Both the position numbers and the translations under genes were made by a program. A stretch of 64,000 bases of DNA from Lingula anatina (taxonomy: Eukaryota > Animalia > Brachiopoda). Positions 41,304-53,246 of the stretch are shown in pieces. Each line of letters opens with the position of its first letter. The stretch's first letter is position 1. Under the pieces are notes generated by a model. The model had not been told where the DNA came from and made no database searches. It was given only the letters and a program-made list of their open reading frames with translations. Location: NCBI GenBank assembly GCA_051362555.1, contig CM120640.1:37033967-37097966 (forward strand), read 5' to 3'.

Positions 41304-44300
41304 CTAATTCTTGAGAAGCATTTTTCTGAAGTCACTATTACTGAGTTTTTGTTCACCGGGATTATCACTGGGGGCTCTGGCAGAAGTGTCTGCCTTGTTC
41401 CCAGCTGCTGCTGGCTTGCTGGGCGCACCACGGGACTGAAGAGCTCTGGGCACCATGGACAGCTGTGTTCTTGCTTTGCCTCGCCTGGAATAGTACACTG
41501 TCTCAATTAATCTCTGATGATTATGTGCAATAGGAATGATGAAGTATTATCATGACCTATATTCTATAATTTTCAAAAGTAGTTGATATAAAGTTCCTGA
41601 CCGTAAACAATTCCCACTGCATTTCTCTACACTGTATTCTGAGTTAAATATTATGTGGCAATTACAAGCATGTACACTAGAAATTTAAGATTCCTGATTT
41701 TTTCTGCCTAAAATCTACTCCGTCCATAACCAACCCAGTGAAAAAAAAAATTGAATCCCAAAAAATCATAATTATATCTAAAACATACTCTGTTGTTTCT
41801 TTCTTCCCTCCACCCAAAGAAGCAATAAATGAGCTTGACTCTCTCTCTTTCACTGGCACTTTCCTTTGAGGTGGGTTGCTTATGGCCACAGAGATGGTGT
41901 GATCTTCTATATGAAGCCCATCTGTCTTGAGTACTGCGTGCCCTGCATCAGCCTGGTAAAAATGAAAAAAACATTTTTTAAATAATAGGAATGTATAATA
42001 CTTTTTTTTAAGTTTTATGTAGCATGATTATCAATCACTTGTGAGTGGCTAAAATTTACAGACGTCACAGAATTTGTTAACATTCAAAATAGTTATGAGA
42101 AATGTGCACCTTTTTAGCCTTCACTTAAGACCCTCAGGTAGTTACGCTTTGAAATGACTTACCTCATTCTCATATTCAACATAAGCAAGTCCCTTTGGTG
42201 CTCCACTTCTGTAAGTAACCAGGCGGATTTCTTTTAATTTGCCATGTTGGCCAAAGATGGTGCGTAATGCCTCCTCTGTCACAGAAAATGGTAATCCTTT
42301 CACAAATAATTTGTTCTTTTCCATACTGGATGAAAACTAAAATGAAAACCAAATGGGTTTTAGCAAATATTTATTAGATGAACAGTAACTACCAATCTTT
42401 TTACATGACTATGGTGATAAGGATTTTTTAATAATTCATAAGTTTTAATATTTCTAATCTCAACCTCTTTTCTACCATTTTCCTATTGAATTCCAATCCT
42501 AAATGAAAAGAACAAAGCTATAATTTTACCTTGAATTGTTTGGTTTTGTGGTCTTTATCCATACAGGGAGAAACAAATACAGGCCTCCCTTCCACAGATA
42601 GTCGGTCCTTTTTTAGGGCATTTTCTGCTGACCTGGACGTCTTGAATTCTATGTAGCCATAGCCCTTGGAAAGACCCTTGAAGTTCTTGATGAGGCGGAC
42701 ATCAACTATTTCACCACACTGTAAATAATTATTATGAAACTGCAGTCATTATGACAATTTAAAAGCCATTTTTTACCAAATGTCAAACTATGCTTAACAA
42801 ATCTTTGCTTAATTTTATTACATTTCTGACATTTCATTTGCTCCCTGACTCATAGTTTCCAACTGACAATGAAACATTCCATTTGATGTATTTGAATAAA
42901 ATATTTTAAAAGGAATGATATTAGAATGCTGCAAAACCAAGGCTTTAAATGGAAAAATAAGACAATGTCCGAGAATACAAAAAGAAAAAAAAAAAAAAAA
43001 AAAAAAACAGCTGAATGGTAAATCTAATCTAGATTCAAACCAATGCATGTAATCATCACATAACAAATAAAACATAACAAAACACACGTTGTATTGATAT
43101 ACGAACTAAAATTTCATTTTTGACCGCTGATAACCCACTCTAAATAATGTGCTTTATCTTTTTGTGTTCACTAAAAATCTGAACTTTGGTAAGCTTTTAA
43201 ATGTACCTCACTAAATATGCCTTTGATTTTATCCTCTTCCACAGAATATGCCAAGTTACTAAGAAAGACTGTTCTTTCATTGGCACCATGCTCAGTCACA
43301 TCTTGAGAAATCTGAGATTCAGTCTTCTCTGCTGCTAGAAAAAAATTTGAAATAACAAATATGATAATGTGACTGCATTGGTTAAAACGTACACATTATT
43401 GATAAATAATAACCTCTAGATAACATTTCCTTATAATTGTTTCTATTATGAAAAAAGTATGTCATTTTTAGTTGTAATAAAATGATTGCAATAAATAATA
43501 ACAGCATACACGTCTTTATGTATAATGTTCTTTTTTCAAAAAAAGCTGCAAATTCATTTCTCGTACTGCCTCCAGAATCAAACAGCAAAAAATATCCAAC
43601 ACTACATAACAAAAAATAACATTAAGAAAAAAAAAAACAAAATTCTACACCAATATAATATGAAACTTGACTTTTATCATTTTTGTGCAAAACTTACTTT
43701 GCATCCTTTTGAAGGGTGGATCATTATCATTTGTGTGGAAAACTTACTTTTCATCCTTTTCATGGTTAAATCATTATCATTTGTGTGCAAAACTTACTTT
43801 TCATCCTTTTCGAGGGTGGCTCCTCAACAACTTCTGTATGTCTGGGCTTGTACCCAGGAGGAGGTGGAGTTTTGAACACATTAGGTGTGGGTTCTTTGGA
43901 TGGAAGAGGGGGGAAGGCTTTTTCTGTTGTTTTCTGTCCAATTGGTTTCTTTGGTTCTTTTTTGTCTAGCACCGTTGGAATAGGTTGGAAGTTCTAATAA
44001 GATACAAGAAAACCACGATAACAGTATTCAAAATATGTGGCTCTTTATTGTGTATATGCAATAATATGAAGCCTAAAGATGACAGGAATCTTATCCAAAC
44101 GGTTGAAGAATACCATACCTGACTAAAATGAATCAATATCAGAAGTGAGGAGTGCTTAAATATATCAGATAGTTACGCTGTAATGGCATAAATTTGTTCC
44201 TTGGTTTCAACATTAAACTGTAAGCCACTTAAAATTTAACACCGTAAGTTTTGAATTTGTTTGTCTTAGGAAATGATCACTTGTGCCAAAGTAGAATGGC

Positions 44301-46086
44301 ATTAGTTTAACAATTGTGAGTTTAAATGATTTAAATTTACTTGTTGCTGTTCCTGCTGTTTCGGGCCCCCTCTTGGTTTCTGTGGTTTGTGTTCTGGCCT
44401 TTTCCCTGGCTTTTTCTCCATTCTGTCCTTTTTTGTATCTTCAAATGCTTTCTTTTCTGCTGCCTGAAGTGAAAAGTTACTCATTCTATCTATTTTTCAA
44501 TCAAATTATGTTCAGCAGAAATGAATGCTTGTCTTCTGAACATAAATTCAAAATAAAGAAAAAATTGAAATAATTTATTAATTAAAACTAGGTTTTAACT
44601 TTACACATTTGAGACATATGGTTACTTTGACATCAAGTGTTGGATTCTGTTGGTGCAAAAGATATTTCTTTCCCAGTGACAAAACACTCAGGGTGTTAAT
44701 GGTATCCTATATATATATACTTCAAATTTTTCCAAAGTGGAGGGAGCTTTATAGAGGCTTAAAATAGCAAACACAGACAACTGCCTTGCCAACTTCAGAC
44801 AGAGCTATACCTTAGCTCTTCTTTCCTTCACTCTGTTCAGCTGCGCTGTGCACTTTGTCACTGCAATATCATACTGGGAGAGGGTACCTGAAAATCAAAG
44901 AATTATTTACATTATTAACTTTAACTAATGTGGCCCTTGTTTAAACAGAGCTGAATTTCCTGTCCTTCTTCTTACAACAGAACCACAGCAAGGGAGTTGC
45001 ACAATCATAAGTTGTTTCTGGCATTCAATATAAGGAGTAATATCCTTAGTTTTTAATTCAATCAAATAGGTACACACAAACAAAATGGAATATATAAATT
45101 TTTATGCAAACATCAATATGACACTGTAACTTCAACTAAACATGTAGTTTAACGACTGAATCTGTACCTTCTTCTCTCTCGAAGTTGATGTAGGTTTCAC
45201 ACATCGTTTCAGGCCAGTCATTCACAGAGTTCACAGCTTGCTGTAATAACTTCCTGCAATGCTTGCTATCACCATGTGCTCTTTCTAAATTGAAATATTC
45301 CATCCACATCTGTGCTTGGTTTCCAAAGCCAGCAGTCATAATCTGATTCCATAACTCTCTTGCCTTGGTCATGTTCTTGCATTGTTTTGCCTGTAGAAAG
45401 GAGAAGATTGAAAGGTATTAGGCTGACAATCACCAAATACCAAAATTAAATGCATTTGCCTGGCCAAAGTTTGGGTTTTTGTCTATAACATCACCCATCA
45501 ATTTGCAATTTCATGGCTACACCATTTAAGACAAACTCATTGTTGAATACAGATTCTAAATAAGGAGATCCAAGAGGTGTGGGCCACATGCAAAGTGTGT
45601 GTGATTCAAAGTCACATCACATCCTCTACGGTACAGAAAACAGAAATTTACCTCTATCCTTGCCCAGTATTGCTGAAGAGTGCAGAGGGGGTCACCATCA
45701 CTACCAAAGGCTGAAATGACAAAGGCACATTCACCATCATGAAAACTACATTATGTATCAAATCTATATCAAAATATATCTCTATTATATACCATTATTT
45801 AGTATTAGATTCATTTACAAAATTTAGTGATAGTACTATTACTTCTTGCTTGTGTATACTATTTCCATGGCAAGGCAAAAAATTATTCAGGTATTCATGT
45901 GTTGGTTAATATTGAAAAGCAGTGATACATTGGGGTAGAGCATTTTTTTCAACTCTTAGTATTCAGCTTCAAAACTAATAAATTAAACCAATTCATGTAT
46001 CATTGTAAACATAATAATTCTGTATGTTACAACTTAATTGACCACCATTTTATCTAAAGTAAGAAACTATTACATTCACAAAATAA

Positions 46087-46125
<39 letters not shown>

Positions 46126-49100
46126 GTGAAATGGCTTACCTGTGTATAAATAATCTATGGCTTTTTCGCATTCATTTCTGAATTCTTCAACATTCTGCAT
46201 ATTCCCTGAAGTTTAATTATACACATATTTTTGAATTGTTAAGTCTCAAATTCAATAAAATTTACCAAATCTTATATCTAACAAAAATTGAAAGCAATTT
46301 TTTCTGTGAAAGCACTCCATTCCAAAGAGCCACTAAGCATCAAGACACTGCATTGGACTCCAAAGCTCAGAGCGCTCAGAGATGATATTCTCTACTCATA
46401 CATTTACTTAAGACATGGGCAATGATATCAATTCAACAGAACTGCCACCTTAACCATACCTTCTTCCCATTTTATTTTCCTTCTCAGATAATCACAATAG
46501 GCGGTATACAGCTGGAGATAGTCTGATGCTTGAGTGAAGCCCACAGACAATGCCTTATTCAGGCACTCTGAAAATACACCCAATCTCATCTTGAGACTAG
46601 AGACGAATGGTCTCTGCACAGATAAATTTACATATTAAATAAAATTCCAATAATCAGATCACTTTATATAAGTTTTATGTTAAATATTTTATTTGTTGAA
46701 ATACAATGCCACACCTTTTATAGTTTCTTGTGGTCTCTCGGCTCTTTCTAAAGCCCGTAGGTAGCTAGTCCACAATTCAACACACCAAGGGCAGTTTCTC
46801 ACACCTCTCTCATACACTTCTAAAGCCAGGGATGGGATCTTCAAATCCATGTCCTTAAAATATCACAAGTATAAAACAACAGTGAAAAATAGGTGGCATT
46901 TACAAGGACATTATAATTCGCCTCTAAAACATTTTGAAAAGGGTGACATGTTTGTTAACCTTAGTTTGGTGAAAATTTGCCAAATTAACATGCTGAGAAC
47001 TCACCAAATACTTTGTGTACTGAACCCAGAGATCTGGGACCAGGCAGTTTTCTTGAATGGCCCTTTCAAATAGACACTGGATACGACTTGGGTCAGACTG
47101 TGTCAGCTCAAAGTCAATGTAACTCTGGTACTCTGCCAGCCTTGGGATGTCTGCTGCTAACTAATAAATGTATTTTTCTGATAATTATGATTTTCTGTGT
47201 TGGATGTTTCCTAGAGAGCATTCACATCGAGAGGTCCGCCATATTTAGGTCTCGGCCTTGCTAGACCTCGGCTCTTCTCGATGTGAATGCTCTCCTAGAC
47301 TATGGCTGCATCCTGATCTCTAAAGAGTTATAACATGAGAACTACAAGCACTTAATTACCTTCACTTGTACCATTGACTTTGTATTACATTTATTCAATG
47401 GATCTTTTAAAAAATATGCTTAGAACTCACCATACATGACTTATAAACTTAATATGGCCCATCAAAACCATGATTAAATCAATAAATTACCAATGCTTCT
47501 TCATATGGCTTCAAAACTTTCAACTTTGCCACAGCTTTCTCATATGCCTTTTGTGTCTGGACATCAATGTCATCAGAGACCCACTGTTGATATTCCTCAT
47601 ATGTATCTTCCATATCTGCAACAACAAAAGTCTCTGCAAGAATTCTTTAAAAGAATGCTATAAAAATTAATCTTGTATATTTATAACTCTTCACCAGTGA
47701 TTACTGATCACAACAACTTTACACCTAAAAAATTTAAATAAGAAATAAATAAAACACATATTTCTAAAAATCCCTTTTTTCTCCACTAAGCTAAAGACTT
47801 GAATTTTCATCATGGTGATCATTAAAATGTGAGTCTGACAAAATAATGACCTACCCATAAGTGGTACAGCCAGCTGCCGCTTGAATAGGGTGCTAATGCG
47901 ATTGATTTGATCTTCAATTTGGGACTGCTGCTCTGGTGATGGTATGCTGCCAATACTTGGCTGAATAAATAATAGCACAAGATAAATTATTATTATTATT
48001 ATTATTATTAAATAGTGTCTGAATAAAATAAGGAATTAACTTTCAACAAAGGAGGGGTATTACTTCATTTATGTGAGCAGTTACTGTGGTCAAAGACAAA
48101 GTTTTCTGGTCTTCTGCTGAAGCAGGCAGATTAAGCTTGGTTACAACTGTCCTGCCTGAGCACATTTATTGACATGTTTTAATACCCTAGTCTAAAAGAC
48201 ATGACCCTTACCTGTAATCCACTCAGAATAGCATTTTCAAATTCTCTGTAAGCCTCCCAGAGACTTGCCCCTTTTGTCATATGAAGTCCACCTGCAGTGA
48301 TAGCTCTTTCAAATGTGCTTCTTATATGGTCTATGCCTCCTTCCTTGGCCATTTCTCCAATGGAAAACTGAACATACTCCAGCCACAGTGGAATAGCTTC
48401 AAAGCAATGAAAAGAAAAAAATTGCATAATTAAAATCTAACTAAAGGTATACAACATCTGCATGCAATGTTGTACTTACCATACTTGATTTAATTGACAA
48501 ACAAATATCAAATCAATTAGACAGGATAACACAAATAAAAGGGTTATTTTTCATGCATGATAAAAGAACAATTTTAAGTTACTTCAGTGTTTCTTTCTTT
48601 ATGTACAGTGTACATGGCATCCCCTCTCAAGAAATAAAATCAGCAATGTCCAGGTAATCTGATATAATGCACTGAGACTGGTAGGTCTAAATGACACTTA
48701 CAAAGATAATCCTGTACAGCTTTGTCAAACAACTTGGTAACCATAACTCTTTCTTCTTCACATGAGATCAGTGGAATTTCATCTTGTAACCAATCAGTCC
48801 AAATCTCTAATGAAAAACAAGATTACATTTAAAATAAATTAAGAGACTTTTCAAAAGTTTTAAAAATTTATTACTTCTGGAAAAAATATCTTCTTTTTCA
48901 AGAATGAGCATGGCAAAGCTTGTAAATATAGTCAAAAATACACATTGTTCAATATGCATGATTAATTCAATATCAGAACAATTATATACAGAAATGTGAA
49001 CCGCATAGATATCATGAAAAGAATATACTATTCAATCATCATCGAAAATTAAGAAACAGAAATAAAAATACCTTCTGTCAGTGGAAAAAGTTCACTCATA

Positions 49101-49846
49101 ACTTTACGGGCTTCTCGTAATTGCTTCAGTTCACCACACTGTTTTAAGACTTTAATCAACTTCACATGACCATCATAGTAGTAGGGATTTTTATCCACCT
49201 GTTGAAATATACAAAAATAAATATACGTACACATATATCTTAAGCCATTACAAGTATGTGACAACTATGAGACCAATTATTCAGAGAAGACGAAGGCCTA
49301 TAGTAAGCAATTTCAAAGGGGGTAGGGGTTCTTTCTACTTTCTTCCTGCCCCCACCCCACCTGCACGCTTATGGATATGTTCATAATGATATATACACTT
49401 TGATGGTGTTCTGTAAACTGTAACTCTTTTTTTCTGAATTAGGCTGCAGTATTGTAAGGGGCCCATCGTCAAAATGGTGCTATATGAGAGCACCTCAGGC
49501 AGGGCTTATACCTGGATACTTTCTGGCGATTATGTGCTCAGACAAATACTATTTCTCCATTTAATTTCATCTGGAAAAATCGGCTCTAGGGACGATATTG
49601 CAAGCATGTAAATGACCTCAAGTGTGACCTCAAGTGTGTTCTAACATATAACGTTGCAAAAATGTATCTTGGAATTTTTAATTTTGTTAAAAAATTATTT
49701 AAATCTCAAAATAAACAAACCTCCGACCGGAGTTCTGTGATTTGCTGCTGTAGCTCATCGTCTTCATCACTTGATTCATCAGACTCAGACTGGTCTTCTG
49801 CAGTCTCCATCCTTTCTGGCTCCTCCTTGCTGCCTTCACTTTCCAT
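41304..49846 (-). CDS. SART3: Spliceosome-associated factor 3, U4/U6 recycling protein (HAT repeats, two RRMs, LSm-binding tail)
   Basis: About 20 exons from 49846-49721 (MESEGSKEE...) to 41484-41304. NPYYYDGHVKLI, FPLTEEIW, HAT repeats LWLEYVQF and LWEAYREFE, RRMs TVFLSNL and KLFVKGLP...PKGLAYVEY, C-terminal LSNSDFRKMLLKN*. Confidence 0.95.
43664..43820. repeat. 50-bp tandem triplication spanning a SART3 exon/intron junction
   Basis: aacttacttt(t/g)catcctttt recurs at 43691, 43741 and 43791. Confidence 0.9.
46084..46124. repeat. (AAAT)n microsatellite
   Basis: About 10 tandem aaat units in a SART3 intron. Confidence 0.9.
47214..47294. mobile_element. 81-bp MITE with a 3-bp target-site duplication (PIF/Harbinger-type)
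   Basis: Perfect 19-bp TIRs GAGAGCATTCACATCGAGA / TCTCGATGTGAATGCTCTC, flanked by CTA on both sides (47211-47213, 47295-47297). Confidence 0.85.
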
Positions 49847-50079
49847 AATACAAAAATTTTATAATCAGTCGAAGTAAATGTCAATGCTTGACGTCTGTCA
49901 CTGTGTCAGTGCAACGCCGTTCAAGCTACTGAGTATCTTGAAGTAAACACTAAACGCTCCCCTCGTGCAATATAATACTATCAACTTGATATTATCAAAA
50001 ACCAAACGTTAATGTTCATCAGTGTGAAGTAAGCCGGAATATTTTGCACGCCGACTGCACGTTGCTCCAGCCTTGCAGT

Positions 50080-50152
50080 GTCAACTTCCGGTAGTGACGG
50101 TAAATATTTGCGCATGCGTGACGCAGATAACTCTACAGACGAAAGTGAAAGT
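50080..50152. promoter_or_regulatory. SART3 proximal promoter motifs
   Basis: ETS-like ACTTCCGGT, NRF1-like TGCGCATGCG and IRF-like GAAAGTGAAAGT clustered about 240-300 bp upstream of the ATG. Confidence 0.55.
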
Positions 50153-50294
50153 ATCATTTCTGAGTCCTGACCCCCCTTCGGTTTCTGAAAAATATATCAC
50201 ACCAATATTCCCCTCTTGAAATTAGAATTTTGACTAGCTAAATCATAGTTCTCAACCGTACCAAAGCTAAAGGGCACTGTTTGCTCTCCAAAAC

Positions 50295-50428
50295 ACCACA
50301 AAATTTTCGGGGGCCTTGAGAAGGCCCCGAACCCCACACCAGGGGGTGGGGGTGGGGGGCGATGGTCGGCTTCTCATCCGAGGCCTGTCGTTCCGGACCC
50401 CCTCAAATAATCCTGGATCCGACCCTGC
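50295..50428. repeat. Dispersed repeat remnant (related copy near 55180-55222)
   Basis: aaattttcgggggccttgagaaggccccgaacccc resembles aaattttttcggggctcttcagcgggccccgaaccac at ~55182. The element ends in aatcctggatccgaccctg. Confidence 0.45.
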
Positions 50429-52590
50429 CTAATCCCCTTTCGAGATGGAGACTCATTGTACCTTCAAATAAACCAGACTATAATTCAAATGAAAACGATT
50501 TCAACAGCAACCCCTCAATCAAAATGTGCCAAACACGTTGTAATTTGCATAACAGTAAGTCGCTCAGCGCAATGCGCACTACTCGTATCTTCTTGACTGG
50601 TCACTTGACAGCAGGACACTGTAAGGACAGGTCGCTGATATGTGTGATGAAGTCGCACAGCCGGGATTTTTATTCAGCTTCGAAAATTGTAAAGAAAATC
50701 GTCATGTGAGTAAAAGCTTTTCATGTTTTTCACGAGTTCAAACTACCAGATAATAATTTCTTATTATTTTGCTCGTTCTAAACTTTAAGTTGGCCTGGGT
50801 AGTTGACTGGATTTGAGAAAAGATTCATAGTGATATCTTTAAAGCTCTTGAAAAGCACGTGCTGCCAGTAAAACATAAATATAATATGAAGAAAGTTTTA
50901 TTAGATAGTTTGATTTTTGGTGCCCAGATGCTGTCACTTCAACGTCACTCACTGTGCGAAATTAGGCCACCTGAATATATTTCGTATTTTTAACACTTCC
51001 ATAGTACATGTACGTGATATATTAATGTGAACATTCTCAGATGCCTACATTACAAACTGATCAGTATAACTGTGCATTTAGTTTTACCAATTTAAAAAAA
51101 GATTTCCATATTTTCAATTGGAACATTAACGAGAGAAAACTATTTAAGTTTTTCACGATGACTTGGTTGTGTATGTGTTAGACTCTATGTGTAAGTGTTA
51201 ATTAATTAAGTCACTGTATGTAAGAAAGTAAATAAGGTTCCCATACCTAGATACCACAGTTAGTACGATAGGGTCTGGGAATGGTCTCTTTACCCTGTAG
51301 ACGCTTTCCAAAAGTATTGGCCGCATTATTTCTTGTGATTCTTTTCATCGTGAAATATCAAAATATTTGAATCTTGCATACAAACCGTTTAGTCGATTTT
51401 TCAAATTTGGTATCCAGTTAGCCGCAATCTGATTTTTTCGGTGTAAGCAGAGGTTTATCCATTTTCAGTTAATCTAATTTTTATTCTCTGTTTTCGAAGA
51501 ATGAAATATCGCCATTTAAATGTTATTTTAATATTTCAGAACTGCAAACGCCTTTGCCGAGATCCTGCAGAGTGCACGTGCGCCTGACTAAAGCTTTCCT
51601 GGTCTCCGAGACGTATTTTAAAATCTGTCGCAGATCCAGATCCATTCGCACCGCAGATGCTATATGCTGAAAATTGTACATGGTCTCTCTCTCTCTCTCT
51701 CTGTGGCTTTTAAACACATTTTAACATATTGAAACGGTGCACTATAGATCGATCGTGTTCCCTTTAGAAATTTTACTTAAAAATTGACCCTTTTTTTTTA
51801 AATATATATCATACCCTAGGGACTGATCATGATATATTTTAAATTATACCTTAGGGCAGGCTATGTACATCATTTTATTTGGAACCAATCCAGTTTCCTT
51901 TTAAATTCATCTCATTATGCAATAGTGCATTTATTAAAGTAATTAAAATGGCATGATGTTATTTCCAGAGTGATGGCAAATCATAAATTTCAAAGTTGAG
52001 AGTAAAACGCAATTTTCACGATGTTGAAGCTTGGACAAGATTGTTTATTTAGCCAAGCAGCTACCTTATCATATTATTATAGTTTGCACTATATAAGTCA
52101 ATTTTTATTCTTAATATTTACATTTGTGAATGTAAAGCAATTTAAGAAAATAAATGCGCTTTTTAGGGGTAGTTTTTGATTTAATCTGAAATACACAGAA
52201 TTAAAGTAAAATAAATATGTACTGGTTTTTTATAATGGCACGAATTATTAATAATATTATAAGTAAATTCTCTAGGTGCCAATTTTCAGATTAATCATTT
52301 CCAGTCATATTCAAACGCTTAAAATCGCCTGTCGACCTATTCTTTGTCCAGTGAATCCGGTCCTGTTCAAAGACTGTTCTATTTCCTCATTATCTTTTAT
52401 TATTTTAGCACATGAGTCCTCCAGTGAGTATTTAATTGTTTATTCGTGGTTTTCTGTCATTAAATATGTCATATAATAAAAAATAAATTGCTTGTCTTTG
52501 CTTGTAGATTGAAATAAATAATACTCGTATGACTTCATAGATATGAGTGAAAGAAAAAAAAAACGTCTCGTCTTTGGGCAAGTCTATCAA

Positions 52591-53246
52591 ATTTGAGGGG
52601 TGAAAGGTGGGAGTCCATTTGATTTGAGAGGTGTCAGATGGGGTCAGTTCACTTCATTTAGGGGTGACAGGTGGGGCGAGTTCACTTCATTTGAGGGGTG
52701 ACAGGTGGGGCGAGTTCACTTCATTTGAGGGATGACAGGTAGGACGATTCCATTCCATTTGAGGGGTGACAGGTGGGACGAGTCCATTCCATTTGAGGGG
52801 TGATAGGTGGGGCGAGTTCACTTCATTTGAGGGGTGACAGGTGGGGCGAGTCCATTCCATTTGAGGGGTGACAGGTGGGGCGAGTTCACTTCATTTGAGG
52901 GGTGACAGGTGGGGCGAGTTCACTTCATTTGAGGGGTGACAGGTAGGACGATTCCATTCCATTTGAGGGGTGGCAGGTGGGGCGAGTTCACTTCATTTGA
53001 GGGGTGACAGGTGGGGCGAGTTCACTTCATTTGAGGGGTGACAGGTAGGACGATTCCATTCCATTTGAGGGGTGGCAGGTGGGGCGAGTTCACTTCATTT
53101 GAGGGGTGACAGGTGGGGCGAGTTCACTTCATTTGAGGGGTGACAGGTAGGACGATTCCATTCCATTTGAGGGGTGACAGGTGGGGCGAGTTCACTTCAT
53201 TTGAGGGGTGACAGGTGGATGACCCCATTTCTTTTGAGGGGTGACA
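52591..53246. repeat. 34-bp G-rich minisatellite, about 19 copies
   Basis: Unit TTGAGGGGTGACAGGTGGGGCGAGTTCACTTCAT with period 34 (e.g. 52691, 52725, 52759). Edges are degenerate. Confidence 0.97.

Noticed and set aside
50640-50705. MCDEV... as an actin N-terminus
   Set aside because: The similarity ends after five residues, with no DNGSG motif.
52591-53246. CRISPR-like array
   Set aside because: Units are head-to-tail with no unique spacers, there are no cas genes, and the context is eukaryotic. It is a minisatellite.
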